Source: Synechococcus sp. A15-24 (GTDB lineage: Bacteria > Cyanobacteriota > Cyanobacteriia > PCC-6307 > Cyanobiaceae). From it: a DNA stretch of 32,000 nt. The DNA is taken from positions 1 through 32,000 of the forward strand of contig NZ_CP047960.1 of the NCBI RefSeq assembly GCF_014280195.1, read 5' to 3'. Below the pieces are notes generated by a model. It searched no databases. It saw nothing but the letters and a program-made list of their open reading frames with translations, and was not told where the DNA came from. Position 1 is the first letter of the stretch; every line of letters begins with the position of its first letter. The translations under genes were made by a program, and so were the position numbers. Of this stretch, positions 10,335 to 18,531 are shown piece by piece.

Positions 10335-10979
10335 ATGGGAGCAGGGGATAGCCGTCTGGCACCGCTGCTGCGTTGGCTCGGCCTCACGATGGTGGTCATC
10401 CTGTTGCTGCAATTGGCCGCCGTTCTGGTTGGGGTCGATTGGTCGGATGACACCACACGACCCCAAGTCACTGGCGCGCTGGTGGCCCTGGCTCCTTTGG
10501 GTTTTCTCGGGCTGTTGGTGGCCTTGATGGGGGCTCGGTTGGACAATCCCCCTCGTCGCCAAACGCCCCTGCGGTGGCTGATCTGCGCTCTTTCAGCCCT
10601 GCTGGCTGTGGGCATGTTGGTGGCGATTCCGTTCTCACTTGATGGAGCCGCCGGTGATCCAGCACAGGCTGAGAACCTTGAACAGGGCCGCCAGGCCCTC
10701 AAGGAAGCCAGGCAATTCAGAGACGACGACCAACGGGTCAAGGCGGTTGGTGAACAGTTGGCTCAAGCCGGGCAGTTGGCTGCGGATGCCAGCGATGAGG
10801 ACAAGATCAAGGCGGCTGAAACCATGATTGATGAGCAGATCGCTCAAATGGATCAGCAGCTGAAAAAGTTTGAAGGTCAACAGAACCGCCAGAGCCAGCA
10901 ACGGTTGATTGGTGGAACCGCCAGCGCCGCTGTTTTGGCAGTGGCTTTTGTAATGCTGGCCCTCACGGCGGTGCTCTGA
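10335..10979 (+). CDS. Hypothetical membrane protein: N-terminal TM bundle, Q/E/K-rich coiled coil, C-terminal TM anchor
   Basis: The ORF track begins at GTG 10266, which would overlap the divergent queG start by 20 nt, so I prefer the in-frame ATG at 10335. Hydrophobic segments are LGLTMVVILLLQLAAVLVGV, ALVALAPLGFLGLLVALMGA, LICALSALLAVGMLVAIPF and the C-terminal ASAAVLAVAFVMLALTAVL. I do not recognise a family with confidence. Confidence 0.7.
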   Translation: MGAGDSRLAPLLRWLGLTMVVILLLQLAAVLVGVDWSDDTTRPQVTGALVALAPLGFLGLLVALMGARLDNPPRRQTPLRWLICALSALLAVGMLVAIPFSLDGAAGDPAQAENLEQGRQALKEARQFRDDDQRVKAVGEQLAQAGQLAADASDEDKIKAAETMIDEQIAQMDQQLKKFEGQQNRQSQQRLIGGTASAAVLAVAFVMLALTAVL

Positions 10980-11028
10980 TCGCTGGTTAGGTTGGTCTGA
11001 CTCAACCGATCCCGGGTGCAGAGGCTCC

Positions 11029-11763
11029 TTGGTCCAGACCAACCCCAGGCCTGATCTGCCGTTGTCCTCGAGGCTTCGACAGGATCTCAAAAATGATCTG
11101 ATCGCCGGATTGCTGGTGGTCATCCCATTGGCGACCACCATCTGGCTTTCCACGGTGGTCAGCCGCTTTGTGCTGGCGTTTCTTACCTCCGTTCCAAAGC
11201 AACTCAACCCATTCATCACCCTGAATCCACTGCTTCAGGACCTGATCAACCTGGCGCTGGGTCTCACAGTTCCCTTGATGGGGATCCTGTTGATCGGACT
11301 CATGGCCAGAAACATCGTTGGTCGCTGGTTGCTGGAGTTCGGAGAGGGCACCCTCAGCCGTATTCCTCTTGCAGGTTCGGTCTACAAAACGCTGAAGCAG
11401 CTGCTCGGAACATTTCTGAGGGACAACTCGACCCGTTTTCGCCGCGTCGTCCTCGTTGAATATCCGCGGGAGGGATTGTTCAGTGTCGGCTTTGTCACTG
11501 GTGAAGTGGGGCCGTCTTTGCGTTCGGATCTCGATCAACCGTTGTTGAGTGTGTTCATCCCGACGGCACCCAATCCAACAACGGGCTGGTACACCTTGGT
11601 GCCCGAACAAGGGGTGCGTGAGCTCAACATCAGTGTTGAGGAAGCATTCCGCACCATCATTTCCGCTGGCATCGTCAATCCTGATGATCAGGAAGCTCCA
11701 GCGAACCGTAGTTTTTCCAGTTTGATTGCCCAGTTGCGGGCATCCGCTTCTCCCTCCAGTTGA
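11029..11763 (+). CDS. DUF502-family membrane protein
   Basis: 244-aa ORF with a TTG start. It has two N-terminal TM segments followed by IPLAGSVYKTLKQLL, FRRVVLVEYPREGLFSVGFVTG and IPTAPNPTTGWYTLVP, which are characteristic of DUF502. Confidence 0.85.
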   Translation: MVQTNPRPDLPLSSRLRQDLKNDLIAGLLVVIPLATTIWLSTVVSRFVLAFLTSVPKQLNPFITLNPLLQDLINLALGLTVPLMGILLIGLMARNIVGRWLLEFGEGTLSRIPLAGSVYKTLKQLLGTFLRDNSTRFRRVVLVEYPREGLFSVGFVTGEVGPSLRSDLDQPLLSVFIPTAPNPTTGWYTLVPEQGVRELNISVEEAFRTIISAGIVNPDDQEAPANRSFSSLIAQLRASASPSS

Positions 11764-11766
11764 TTC

Positions 11767-12402
11767 ATGGCCACCCGATCCCTCGCCCGTGAGCTGGCCT
11801 TGCTCGTGCTCGGTCAGGTCTCCGATCAGAAACCCATTCCGGCGGTCGATCTGGCCATGGATTCTGTGCTGGAGCAGGCATTGGAGAGCCTGATGCAGCA
11901 CTGGCGAGAATCACTGGATGCCAGTGCTGCCGAATTGGAGCAGGCTCAGCAGAGTCTTCTCTACAGCGAACTTCAGTCCGGTGCTGACGCTGCCTTGCCA
12001 ACGGGCCGGGATCATCTGCGCAGCTGTCTGACCATGGCTGAGCAAGTGCTGAATGGACTCTCCGCCAGCCTTGAATTGCCTCGATTGTTGATGCTGGGGG
12101 ATCAGGAACAGATTCGTCGTGGGGCGATGGAGCGCGTGTCCTGTGTTCTTAACAAACGCGATCGCATCGATGCAGAGCTTGATTCTGTGATGGAGGGATG
12201 GCGGCTGAGTCGGCTGCCCCGTCTCGATCGCGACATTCTGCGATTGGCGGTTGTTGATCTCCGTGATTTGGGTACACCCGCACCTGTGGCCTTCAGTGAA
12301 GCGGTCGAACTGGCGAACCGTTATGGCGATGAGCAGGGTCGCCGGATGATCAATGGCGTATTGAGGCGTTTCCACGATGCCGCATCCAAGGCGGTGGGCT
12401 GA
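11767..12402 (+). CDS. nusB: Transcription antitermination factor NusB
   Basis: 211-aa ORF with an ATG start. Motifs are RELALLVLGQV near the N-terminus and LDRDILRLAVVDL...AVELANRYGDEQGRRMINGVLRR near the C-terminus. Confidence 0.92.
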   Translation: MATRSLARELALLVLGQVSDQKPIPAVDLAMDSVLEQALESLMQHWRESLDASAAELEQAQQSLLYSELQSGADAALPTGRDHLRSCLTMAEQVLNGLSASLELPRLLMLGDQEQIRRGAMERVSCVLNKRDRIDAELDSVMEGWRLSRLPRLDRDILRLAVVDLRDLGTPAPVAFSEAVELANRYGDEQGRRMINGVLRRFHDAASKAVG

Positions 12403-13877
12403 TGGTTTACGACTGGTTCAATCGCGGTGGCGGTGAACAGCCGCAGCCAACACCGACGCCTTCTCCTGAGCTGACGCCGGAACCGACAGCTGAATCGGTG
12501 GCATCGCCTGAGGATGAAGCGATGGCCTGGGCCCGCGAGGCCTATGCCCGTCTCAAAGCGCAACAGGCTCAGGCCTCAGAGGACGAGCCATCTCCGACAT
12601 CAACACCTCTTCCGACCCCCTTACCGGAGCCAGAGCCTGCTGCGGTTGAACAACAGTCCGTTGATCCAGAACCACCGCTGCCAACGGCTGCACCAGAGCC
12701 GCTTCCAGCTCCCACATCCAGTCTGGGTCTGTCTCTGCTTGAACAGGCTGCGGCTCAGCGGCAGCAACGGCAGCAGGACCAGAACGCCAGAGCTCTTGAA
12801 CCCGAGCCGACTCCGACTCCTTCGTCAGCCCAGACACCTGAGGTCTCGGATGAACCCACCCTTGGTGACTTCGATGATGACTTCACCTGGTCAGCGGAGG
12901 TGCTGGCTGCCCAGGGACGTCGTGTTGATGACATCTCCCTGGAGGAGATCGACTGGTTGGGTCGACTCCGCCGCGGCCTGGAGAAAACCCGGCAGGGGTT
13001 TGTCAGCGGTCTGCTCGAGAGCCTGGGTGACGATCCACTCACCCCCGAGGTCCTCGATGATCTCGAAACGCTTCTGCTCCGCGCTGATGCTGGGGTTCAG
13101 GCGACGGATCAGGTTCTTGATGCTCTGCGTCAACGCATGAACGTGGAGGTGGTGGATCCTGCCGAAGGCATCCGTTTCCTCAAGGAGCAGCTTCGCGGTT
13201 TGTTGGATGCACCGATTGCCGCCAGTGGTGCTCAGTTGCTGGCTCCTGAACGGGATGGGCTCAACATCTGGTTGATGGTTGGTGTTAATGGCGTCGGCAA
13301 GACCACGACCCTTGGCAAGTTGGCCAACCTTGCGGTGCGCAGTGGCTATTCAGCTTTGATCGCAGCAGCGGACACCTTTCGTGCCGCTGCCGTGCAGCAG
13401 GTTCAGGTCTGGGGAGAGCGCAGTGATGTGCCAGTGGTTTCCAATCCCAGCAGCAACGCTGATCCGGCGGCTGTGGTGTTCGATGCCATTAGTGCTGCCC
13501 GTTCACGGGGAACTGACTTACTGCTTGTGGATACCGCTGGCCGCTTGCAGACCAAGCACAACCTGATGGAGGAATTGCAGAAGGTTCGCAGGATCATTGA
13601 TCGATTGGCGCCGGAGGCCAAGGTCGAATCGCTGTTGATCCTTGATGCCAGCCAGGGGCAGAACGGACTTCGTCAGGCTATGGCGTTTGCCAAAGCCGCT
13701 GGTCTCACGGGCGTGGTGATCACCAAACTTGATGGCACGGCTCGAGGGGGTGTTGCGCTGGCGGTGTCCTCGGAAGCTGGACTGCCGATTCGCTTCATCG
13801 GGGCCGGTGAAGGCATTCGGGATCTTCGACCCTTCAACAGCTATGAATTCGTTGAAGCGTTGCTGGCCGGACGCTGA
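12402..13877 (+). CDS. ftsY: Signal recognition particle receptor FtsY
   Basis: The ATG shares one nt with the nusB stop (TGATG). An acidic, Pro-rich N-terminal A-domain is followed by an NG domain with GVNGVGKTTTLGKLA, DTAGRL and TKLDGTARGG. Confidence 0.95.
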   Translation: MVYDWFNRGGGEQPQPTPTPSPELTPEPTAESVASPEDEAMAWAREAYARLKAQQAQASEDEPSPTSTPLPTPLPEPEPAAVEQQSVDPEPPLPTAAPEPLPAPTSSLGLSLLEQAAAQRQQRQQDQNARALEPEPTPTPSSAQTPEVSDEPTLGDFDDDFTWSAEVLAAQGRRVDDISLEEIDWLGRLRRGLEKTRQGFVSGLLESLGDDPLTPEVLDDLETLLLRADAGVQATDQVLDALRQRMNVEVVDPAEGIRFLKEQLRGLLDAPIAASGAQLLAPERDGLNIWLMVGVNGVGKTTTLGKLANLAVRSGYSALIAAADTFRAAAVQQVQVWGERSDVPVVSNPSSNADPAAVVFDAISAARSRGTDLLLVDTAGRLQTKHNLMEELQKVRRIIDRLAPEAKVESLLILDASQGQNGLRQAMAFAKAAGLTGVVITKLDGTARGGVALAVSSEAGLPIRFIGAGEGIRDLRPFNSYEFVEALLAGR

Positions 13878-13982
13878 AGCGTTGCTACGTTTCGGCTCCT
13901 GAGGGGCTGAGCCTTGAGCAGCAAGCCGCCTCGTCGGCATTTCACTCCTTCACTGAGAGGTGTTGCACCACCTCCGCAGGCT

Positions 13983-15335
13983 ATGGCGTCGCTGCGGCAG
14001 TTGTTCGACAGTCTCAGCCGTGAGCAACGCCGCAATCAGGATCTGTTGGTGTCCCTGGCGTTTGCCCAGCGCAGCTTCACCAACCTGAATCGGTTCCTGG
14101 AGTTGGTGCCGGTGGTTGCGGCCCGTCTCGTCGGGGTGCAAGGGGCAATTCTGGTGCCGTTCCAGTCCGATGGGCGACTTTGGCGGGAGCAACTGCAGGC
14201 GGTTCCCGCGGAAAGCAGTCAGGAACTTCTGCAACGTCTGGCGGCTTTTGAGCCAGGTCATGGTGCAGGGTTTGGCACCGATGACGACCAGCTGCTGCTG
14301 ATGGATCGTCTGGTTCAGCGGCTGTGTCCTGGGGCGGGACTGTTCGCCACCTCGTTGGTCGCAAGGGGACGCTCCCGTGGGCGCTTGTACGTGTTCGAAC
14401 CGTCAGGAGATCTCGTTTGGACTGATGTCCATCGTCGTCACGTTCAGTTGGTGGCAGATCTTGCCGGGGTCGCGATTGAAAACGACCAGATGCTGCAGGA
14501 GGCACGCCGCCATGAGCGGGTGGATCGCCAGCTCAGCATCGGTGCGGAGATCCAAGCTCAACTGTTGCCGGATCACTGCCCAGTGATTGAGGGCGTGGAA
14601 CTGGCGGCACGCTGCCGACCGGCTTTTCAGGTGGGAGGTGATTACTACGATTTCATTCCTACTCGGCCGGAGTTGATCGGGCGCCGTCGGGAACGCGGCC
14701 GTTGGGCCTTGGTGATGGGTGATGTGATGGGAAAGGGTGTTCCAGCTGGTCTGTTGATGACCATGCTGCGGGGCATGCTCCGGGCTGAGGTCCTCAGCGG
14801 TTTGCCGCCCGATCGGATCCTGCACGACCTGAATCAATTGGCTCAGGAGGACCTGGCTCAGTCCCACCGGTTCGTGACCCTGTTTTATTCGGATTTCGAT
14901 CCCCGCAGCCGTCGTTTGCGGTATGCAAATGCAGCCCACAATCCACCTCTGCTGTGGCGGGCCGAACGCCGGAGTATTAGCCGCTTGGATGCTGCTGGGT
15001 TGTTAATCGGCTTGCAGCCGGAAGCGGATTACGGCCTTGGGGAGGTTCGGCTCGATCCCGGAGATGTTCTCCTCTATTACACCGATGGTGTGACAGAGGC
15101 TCCTGGCATCACGGGTGATCGATTTGATGAGGCCCGTTTGATTCGCACTCTCGACGGTGCCTGCCGCAGTGGTCAGGGGGCTCAAGGGATTTTGGATCAT
15201 CTCTTCGATCGACTTGATCGGTTCGTCGGAGCGGATCACCACCTTGAGGATGATGCGTCCATGGTCGTTTTGAAGGTTCCTGAGGCCGTCAGTCTGCCGA
15301 GTGTGTCGCCATCCATCAGCCGCCTGACAAGCTGA
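13983..15335 (+). CDS. GAF-domain PP2C/SpoIIE-family serine phosphatase (RsbU-like)
   Basis: Phosphatase motifs are [32 protein letters not shown] and [10 protein letters not shown]. An N-terminal region of roughly 190 aa is consistent with a GAF sensor. The track start is TTG 13914, but I prefer the in-frame ATG at 13983. Confidence 0.88.
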   Translation: MASLRQLFDSLSREQRRNQDLLVSLAFAQRSFTNLNRFLELVPVVAARLVGVQGAILVPFQSDGRLWREQLQAVPAESSQELLQRLAAFEPGHGAGFGTDDDQLLLMDRLVQRLCPGAGLFATSLVARGRSRGRLYVFEPSGDLVWTDVHRRHVQLVADLAGVAIENDQMLQEARRHERVDRQLSIGAEIQAQLLPDHCPVIEGVELAARCRPAFQVGGDYYDFIPTRPELIGRRRERGRWALVMGDVMGKGVPAGLLMTMLRGMLRAEVLSGLPPDRILHDLNQLAQEDLAQSHRFVTLFYSDFDPRSRRLRYANAAHNPPLLWRAERRSISRLDAAGLLIGLQPEADYGLGEVRLDPGDVLLYYTDGVTEAPGITGDRFDEARLIRTLDGACRSGQGAQGILDHLFDRLDRFVGADHHLEDDASMVVLKVPEAVSLPSVSPSISRLTS

Positions 15336-15355
15336 AGGGATTGGCAGAGCAATCC

Positions 15356-16771
15356 ATGGCGGGTGGTGTGACCGGTGGCGCTGCAGGCGCATGGAGTGAT
15401 CGTTTCGAACAGGGACTCCATCCCTTCATCGAAGCGTTTAATGCGTCCATCGGTTTTGATCTAACGCTGCTTCAGGAGGACCTGGACGGTTCCATTGCCC
15501 ATGCCCGGATGCTTGCGAGTTGCGGGGTGATTGCAGAGGAGGAGGCCGTTCAGCTGGTGGAAGGGCTGGAGATGATCCGCACGGAGGCAGCCGACGGTCG
15601 CTTTAATCCAGGCCTTGCGGATGAGGATGTTCATTTCGCCGTGGAGCGGCGGTTGATCGCTTTGGTGGGTTCCGTGGGCAAAAAGCTCCACACGGGCCGC
15701 AGCCGCAATGATCAAGTGGGGACGGATCTTCGGCTGTGGCTCCGGCGCAGGCTCGATGAGATCGATGGCGATCTGCAACGACTTCAAAGGGCTTTGCTGG
15801 ATCAGGCGGATCGGCACCAGTCCACGATGATTCCCGGTTACACCCATCTACAGCGGGCTCAGCCGCTGTGTCTGGCGCATCATCTGCTCGCTTACATCGA
15901 GATGCTGCAACGGGATCGTCAGCGTCTTGGCGACATTCGTGGGCGCGTCAACATTTGTCCGCTCGGGGCTGCAGCTCTGGCAGGTACACCCGTACCGATC
16001 GATCGCCGCCGGACGGCTGAGGATCTTGGTTTCGCAGCGATCTACGCCAACAGCCTCGATGCCGTCAGCGACCGTGATTTTTGCGTCGAATTTTCAGCGG
16101 CTGCATCCCTGGTGATGGCTCATCTGAGCCGTCTGGCAGAGGAGGTGATCGCCTGGGCATCGGAGGAATTTGGTTTTGTGCGGCTGAGCGATCGCTGTGC
16201 CACGGGCAGCAGCTTGATGCCGCAGAAGAAGAACCCCGATGTGCCCGAGTTGGTCAGGGGTAAGTGCGGCCGTGTCTTTGGCCATCTGCAGGGACTGCTG
16301 ACGATGATCAAAGGCCTTCCTTTGGCTTACAACAAGGATTTCCAGGAAGACAAGGAAGCGCTGTTTGATGCCTATCGGACCACACGTGACTGTGTGGAAG
16401 CGATGGCGATCTTGTTTGAGGAGGGGTTGGAGTTCCGCATCGACCGTCTCAATCAGGCGGTGGAAAGCGATTTTTCCAATGCCACTGATGTTGCTGATTA
16501 TTTGGTGGCTCGTGGTGTTCCCTTTCGCGAGGCTTATCAATTGGTCGGGGCTGTTGTTCGACGGTGCCTTGAGCAGGGTTGTCTTCTGCGGGAACTCAGC
16601 CTCGAGCAATGGAAGGAGCTCCACCCTGCCTTTGAGGGCGATCTGCACGAGGCACTCGCTCCACGGGCGGTGGTGTCGGCTCGTCGCAGTGAAGGAGGAA
16701 CAGGATTTGATCGGGTTCATGAGCAGGTCATGCTTTGGCAGGAACGCCTTAAAGGATCTGCATTTGGTTGA
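15356..16771 (+). CDS. argH: Argininosuccinate lyase
   Basis: It has the fumarate-lyase signature [16 protein letters not shown], plus WSDRF near the N-terminus and [10 protein letters not shown]. The track start is TTG 15341, but the in-frame ATG at 15356 is more likely. Confidence 0.96.
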   Translation: MAGGVTGGAAGAWSDRFEQGLHPFIEAFNASIGFDLTLLQEDLDGSIAHARMLASCGVIAEEEAVQLVEGLEMIRTEAADGRFNPGLADEDVHFAVERRLIALVGSVGKKLHTGRSRNDQVGTDLRLWLRRRLDEIDGDLQRLQRALLDQADRHQSTMIPGYTHLQRAQPLCLAHHLLAYIEMLQRDRQRLGDIRGRVNICPLGAAALAGTPVPIDRRRTAEDLGFAAIYANSLDAVSDRDFCVEFSAAASLVMAHLSRLAEEVIAWASEEFGFVRLSDRCATGSSLMPQKKNPDVPELVRGKCGRVFGHLQGLLTMIKGLPLAYNKDFQEDKEALFDAYRTTRDCVEAMAILFEEGLEFRIDRLNQAVESDFSNATDVADYLVARGVPFREAYQLVGAVVRRCLEQGCLLRELSLEQWKELHPAFEGDLHEALAPRAVVSARRSEGGTGFDRVHEQVMLWQERLKGSAFG

Positions 16772-16898
16772 TGACTGCTTTGCGTAACCGGGTCTACGCT
16801 GAATAGGTCAAGTGGATGTCATGTCTTGATCAAGTCATGCTCCTTTGACAAAGGCACAAGCCTCTTCGGTTGTTTTTCGTACTCGGTCCACTCAGAAC

Positions 16899-17492
16899 GT
16901 GAGCATTTTTGTCGGCAACCTTCCCTTCCGCGCTGAGCAGGAGGATGTCATTGAACTGTTTGCCCAGTTCGGCGAAGTCGCTAACTGTGCGCTTCCCCTG
17001 GAGCGGGACACCGGCCGTAAGCGCGGTTTCGCATTTGTCGAGATGGCGGATGAAGCTGTCGAAGACGCGGCGATTGAAGGGCTTCAGGGTGCCGAGCTGA
17101 TGGGCCGCCCCCTTCGGATCAATAAAGCTGAGCCACGGGGCAGTGCTCCTCGTGGTGGCGGCGGTGGTTACCGAGGCGGCGGTGGCGGTGGTGGTCGCGA
17201 TGGCGGCAGCGGTTATGGCGGTGGCGGCGGTGGTTACCGAGGCGGCGGTTATGGCGGTGGCGGCGGTGGTTATGGCGGTGGCGGCGGTGGTTACCGAGGC
17301 GGCGGTGGCGGTGATGCTGGTGATCGTCCTTCCGGTGCCCGTGGCTGGGAAGATCGGAGCTATGGCGCCCGTGACAGCGGTGGTGAAGGTGGTGGCGGTT
17401 ACGACGATGGCCGCAGCCGTCGTCGTCGCGGCTCATCCGGTGGCGGCGGTGGCGGTGATGACTATTCCGGTTACGGAGGTGCTGAGGGCTGA
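16899..17492 (+). CDS. RRM-type RNA-binding protein with a long Gly/Tyr/Arg-rich C-terminal tail
   Basis: It has RNP2 (IFVGNL) and RNP1 (KRGFAFVEM) motifs. Cyanobacterial Rbp proteins normally start right at the RNP2 strand, so I prefer the in-frame GTG at 16899 (giving MSIFVGNLPF) over the track's TTG at 16845. About 110 aa of GGGGYRGGG-type low-complexity tail follow the RRM. Confidence 0.9.
   Translation: MSIFVGNLPFRAEQEDVIELFAQFGEVANCALPLERDTGRKRGFAFVEMADEAVEDAAIEGLQGAELMGRPLRINKAEPRGSAPRGGGGGYRGGGGGGGRDGGSGYGGGGGGYRGGGYGGGGGGYGGGGGGYRGGGGGDAGDRPSGARGWEDRSYGARDSGGEGGGGYDDGRSRRRRGSSGGGGGGDDYSGYGGAEG
17154..17312 (+). repeat. Imperfect in-frame tandem repeat encoding the GGGGGYRGGG / YGGGGGG units of the Rbp tail
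   Basis: The 30-nt unit ggtggcggcggtggttaccgaggcggcggt occurs identically at 17154-17183, 17220-17249 and 17277-17306. The 21-nt unit tatggcggtggcggcggtggt recurs at 17214, 17250 and 17271. Confidence 0.9.
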
Positions 17493-17497
17493 TCCCC

Positions 17498-18490
17498 TCA
17501 GAGGCCGGCCTCGCGCAACTGCCGGCCGGCCTCTTCCAGCACTGTGAGATCGGCTCCAGGCCGTTGAGCTCGTTCACCCAGCTCACGCCGCCAGTGCCTG
17601 GCTCCTCGCACACCTTCCACCATTTGCACCAGGTGGCGACAAAGATCCCAGAGTCGACCACCACGACTGAGGTGGGCAGCAGCATGGGGCAGCAGACCGG
17701 TCACCACATCGGAGGCAAGAACATCTCGGGGTGGTTTGCCGAAGACGAGGTGGTCCATCGCTGCCCATCGCAGGGGATGGGAGTAGGCCGCCCGGCCCAC
17801 CATGGCTCCATCGCAGCTTTCTAGAGCCTTCAAGCAGTCTTTAGGTGACTCCAACCCTCCGTTCAGTTCGATGGTGAGGTGAGGTCGTCGTTGCTTCAGT
17901 GCCTGCACGCGGTCGTGTTGCAGCGGTGGGATTGTTCGGTTCTGTTTGGGGTCCAGACCGTCCAGCCAGGCTTTGCGGGCATGCACGGAAAAACGGTTTG
18001 CTCCGGCGCTCGCCACCCGATCCACGAAGGCGGTTAAAAGATCATCGCTGTCGAGATCATCGATGCCGATGCGGTGTTTGACTGTCACCGGGAGGGACGT
18101 GGCGTTGGACATCGCTTCGACGCAGCGAGCCACGAGGTCTGGCTCCGCCATCAGGCAGGCACCAAAGTTGCCGGCCTGTACTTTCTGGCTCGGACAGCCA
18201 ATGTTGAGGTTGATCTCGTCGTAGTTCCAGTCGCTGGCCAGCCGTGCGGCATCAGCCAGAAGGGTCGGATCGTCTCCTCCCACCTGCAGGGCGATCGGAT
18301 GCTCGACGGCATCAAAATCCAGCAGCTTGTCGCGGCGGTGTGTGTGGTGCAGAGCCTGAGCCACCACCATTTCGGAATACAGCAGGGCATGGCGACTGAT
18401 CTGCCGCATCAACACGCGGAAGTGTCGGTCCGTGCAATCCAGCATCGGCGCCACGCTGAAGCGGTAGGCAGCGGTTTCGGTGGCGGTCAT
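17498..18490 (-). CDS. dusA: tRNA-dihydrouridine synthase A
   Basis: 330-aa ORF with an ATG start. It has FSVAPMLDCTDRHFR, characteristic of the DusA N-terminus, plus INLNIGCPS and a TIM-barrel flavoenzyme length. Confidence 0.93.
   Translation of the reverse strand: MTATETAAYRFSVAPMLDCTDRHFRVLMRQISRHALLYSEMVVAQALHHTHRRDKLLDFDAVEHPIALQVGGDDPTLLADAARLASDWNYDEINLNIGCPSQKVQAGNFGACLMAEPDLVARCVEAMSNATSLPVTVKHRIGIDDLDSDDLLTAFVDRVASAGANRFSVHARKAWLDGLDPKQNRTIPPLQHDRVQALKQRRPHLTIELNGGLESPKDCLKALESCDGAMVGRAAYSHPLRWAAMDHLVFGKPPRDVLASDVVTGLLPHAAAHLSRGGRLWDLCRHLVQMVEGVRGARHWRRELGERAQRPGADLTVLEEAGRQLREAGL
17500..17534 (+). terminator. GC-rich stem-loop just after the rbp stop, lying inside the 3' end of convergent dusA; a possible rbp 3'-end or terminator structure
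   Basis: agaggccggcc (17500-17510) pairs with ggccggcctct (17524-17534), giving an 11-bp perfect stem with a 13-nt loop. It begins 8 nt after the rbp TGA. No real U-tract follows (cttccagc), so it is not a canonical intrinsic terminator. Confidence 0.35.
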
Positions 18491-18531
18491 GGATCCATTA
18501 GAACCCTCAGCGACGACCGTTAAAAGCTGCG

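Noticed and set aside
12514-13140. A 208-aa alternative-frame plus-strand ORF within the ftsY 5' region.
   Set aside because: It overlaps the Pro/Glu-rich A-domain of FtsY in another frame and has a Pro/Arg/Ser-rich composition with no motif. The FtsY frame continues into a canonical NG domain.
14385-14405. A T-loop-like GTTCGAACC string, and similar strings at about 5213 and 15405, as hints of tRNA genes.
   Set aside because: All are inside well-supported CDSs with no flanking cloverleaf arms. The largest intergenic spacers (127-172 nt) show no tRNA-like structure.
16845-16898. N-terminal extensions offered by the ORF track for rbp (16845), efp (29307), pdxA (31449), argH (15341), the PP2C gene (13914) and the membrane protein (10266).
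   Set aside because: The extensions add residues absent from the well-known family N-termini, such as [10 protein letters not shown] for EF-P and the RNP2 strand for Rbp. Some would also overlap a divergent neighbour's start. Internal ATG or GTG codons fit better. These starts remain uncertain.
17154-17312. Whether the regularly spaced identical 30-nt repeats could be a CRISPR-like array.
   Set aside because: The repeats are in frame within a CDS, and the intervening sequence is the same GGN-rich sequence rather than unique spacers. There are no cas genes. This is a protein low-complexity repeat.
17119-17685. A His/Arg-rich 188-aa minus-strand ORF and an Ala/Val-rich 134-aa plus-strand ORF (17143-17547) over the rbp tail.
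   Set aside because: They are frame shadows of the GGN-repeat DNA encoding the Gly-rich tail. Their periodic composition (HRRH.., AVAAVV..) mirrors the repeat and is not independent coding.
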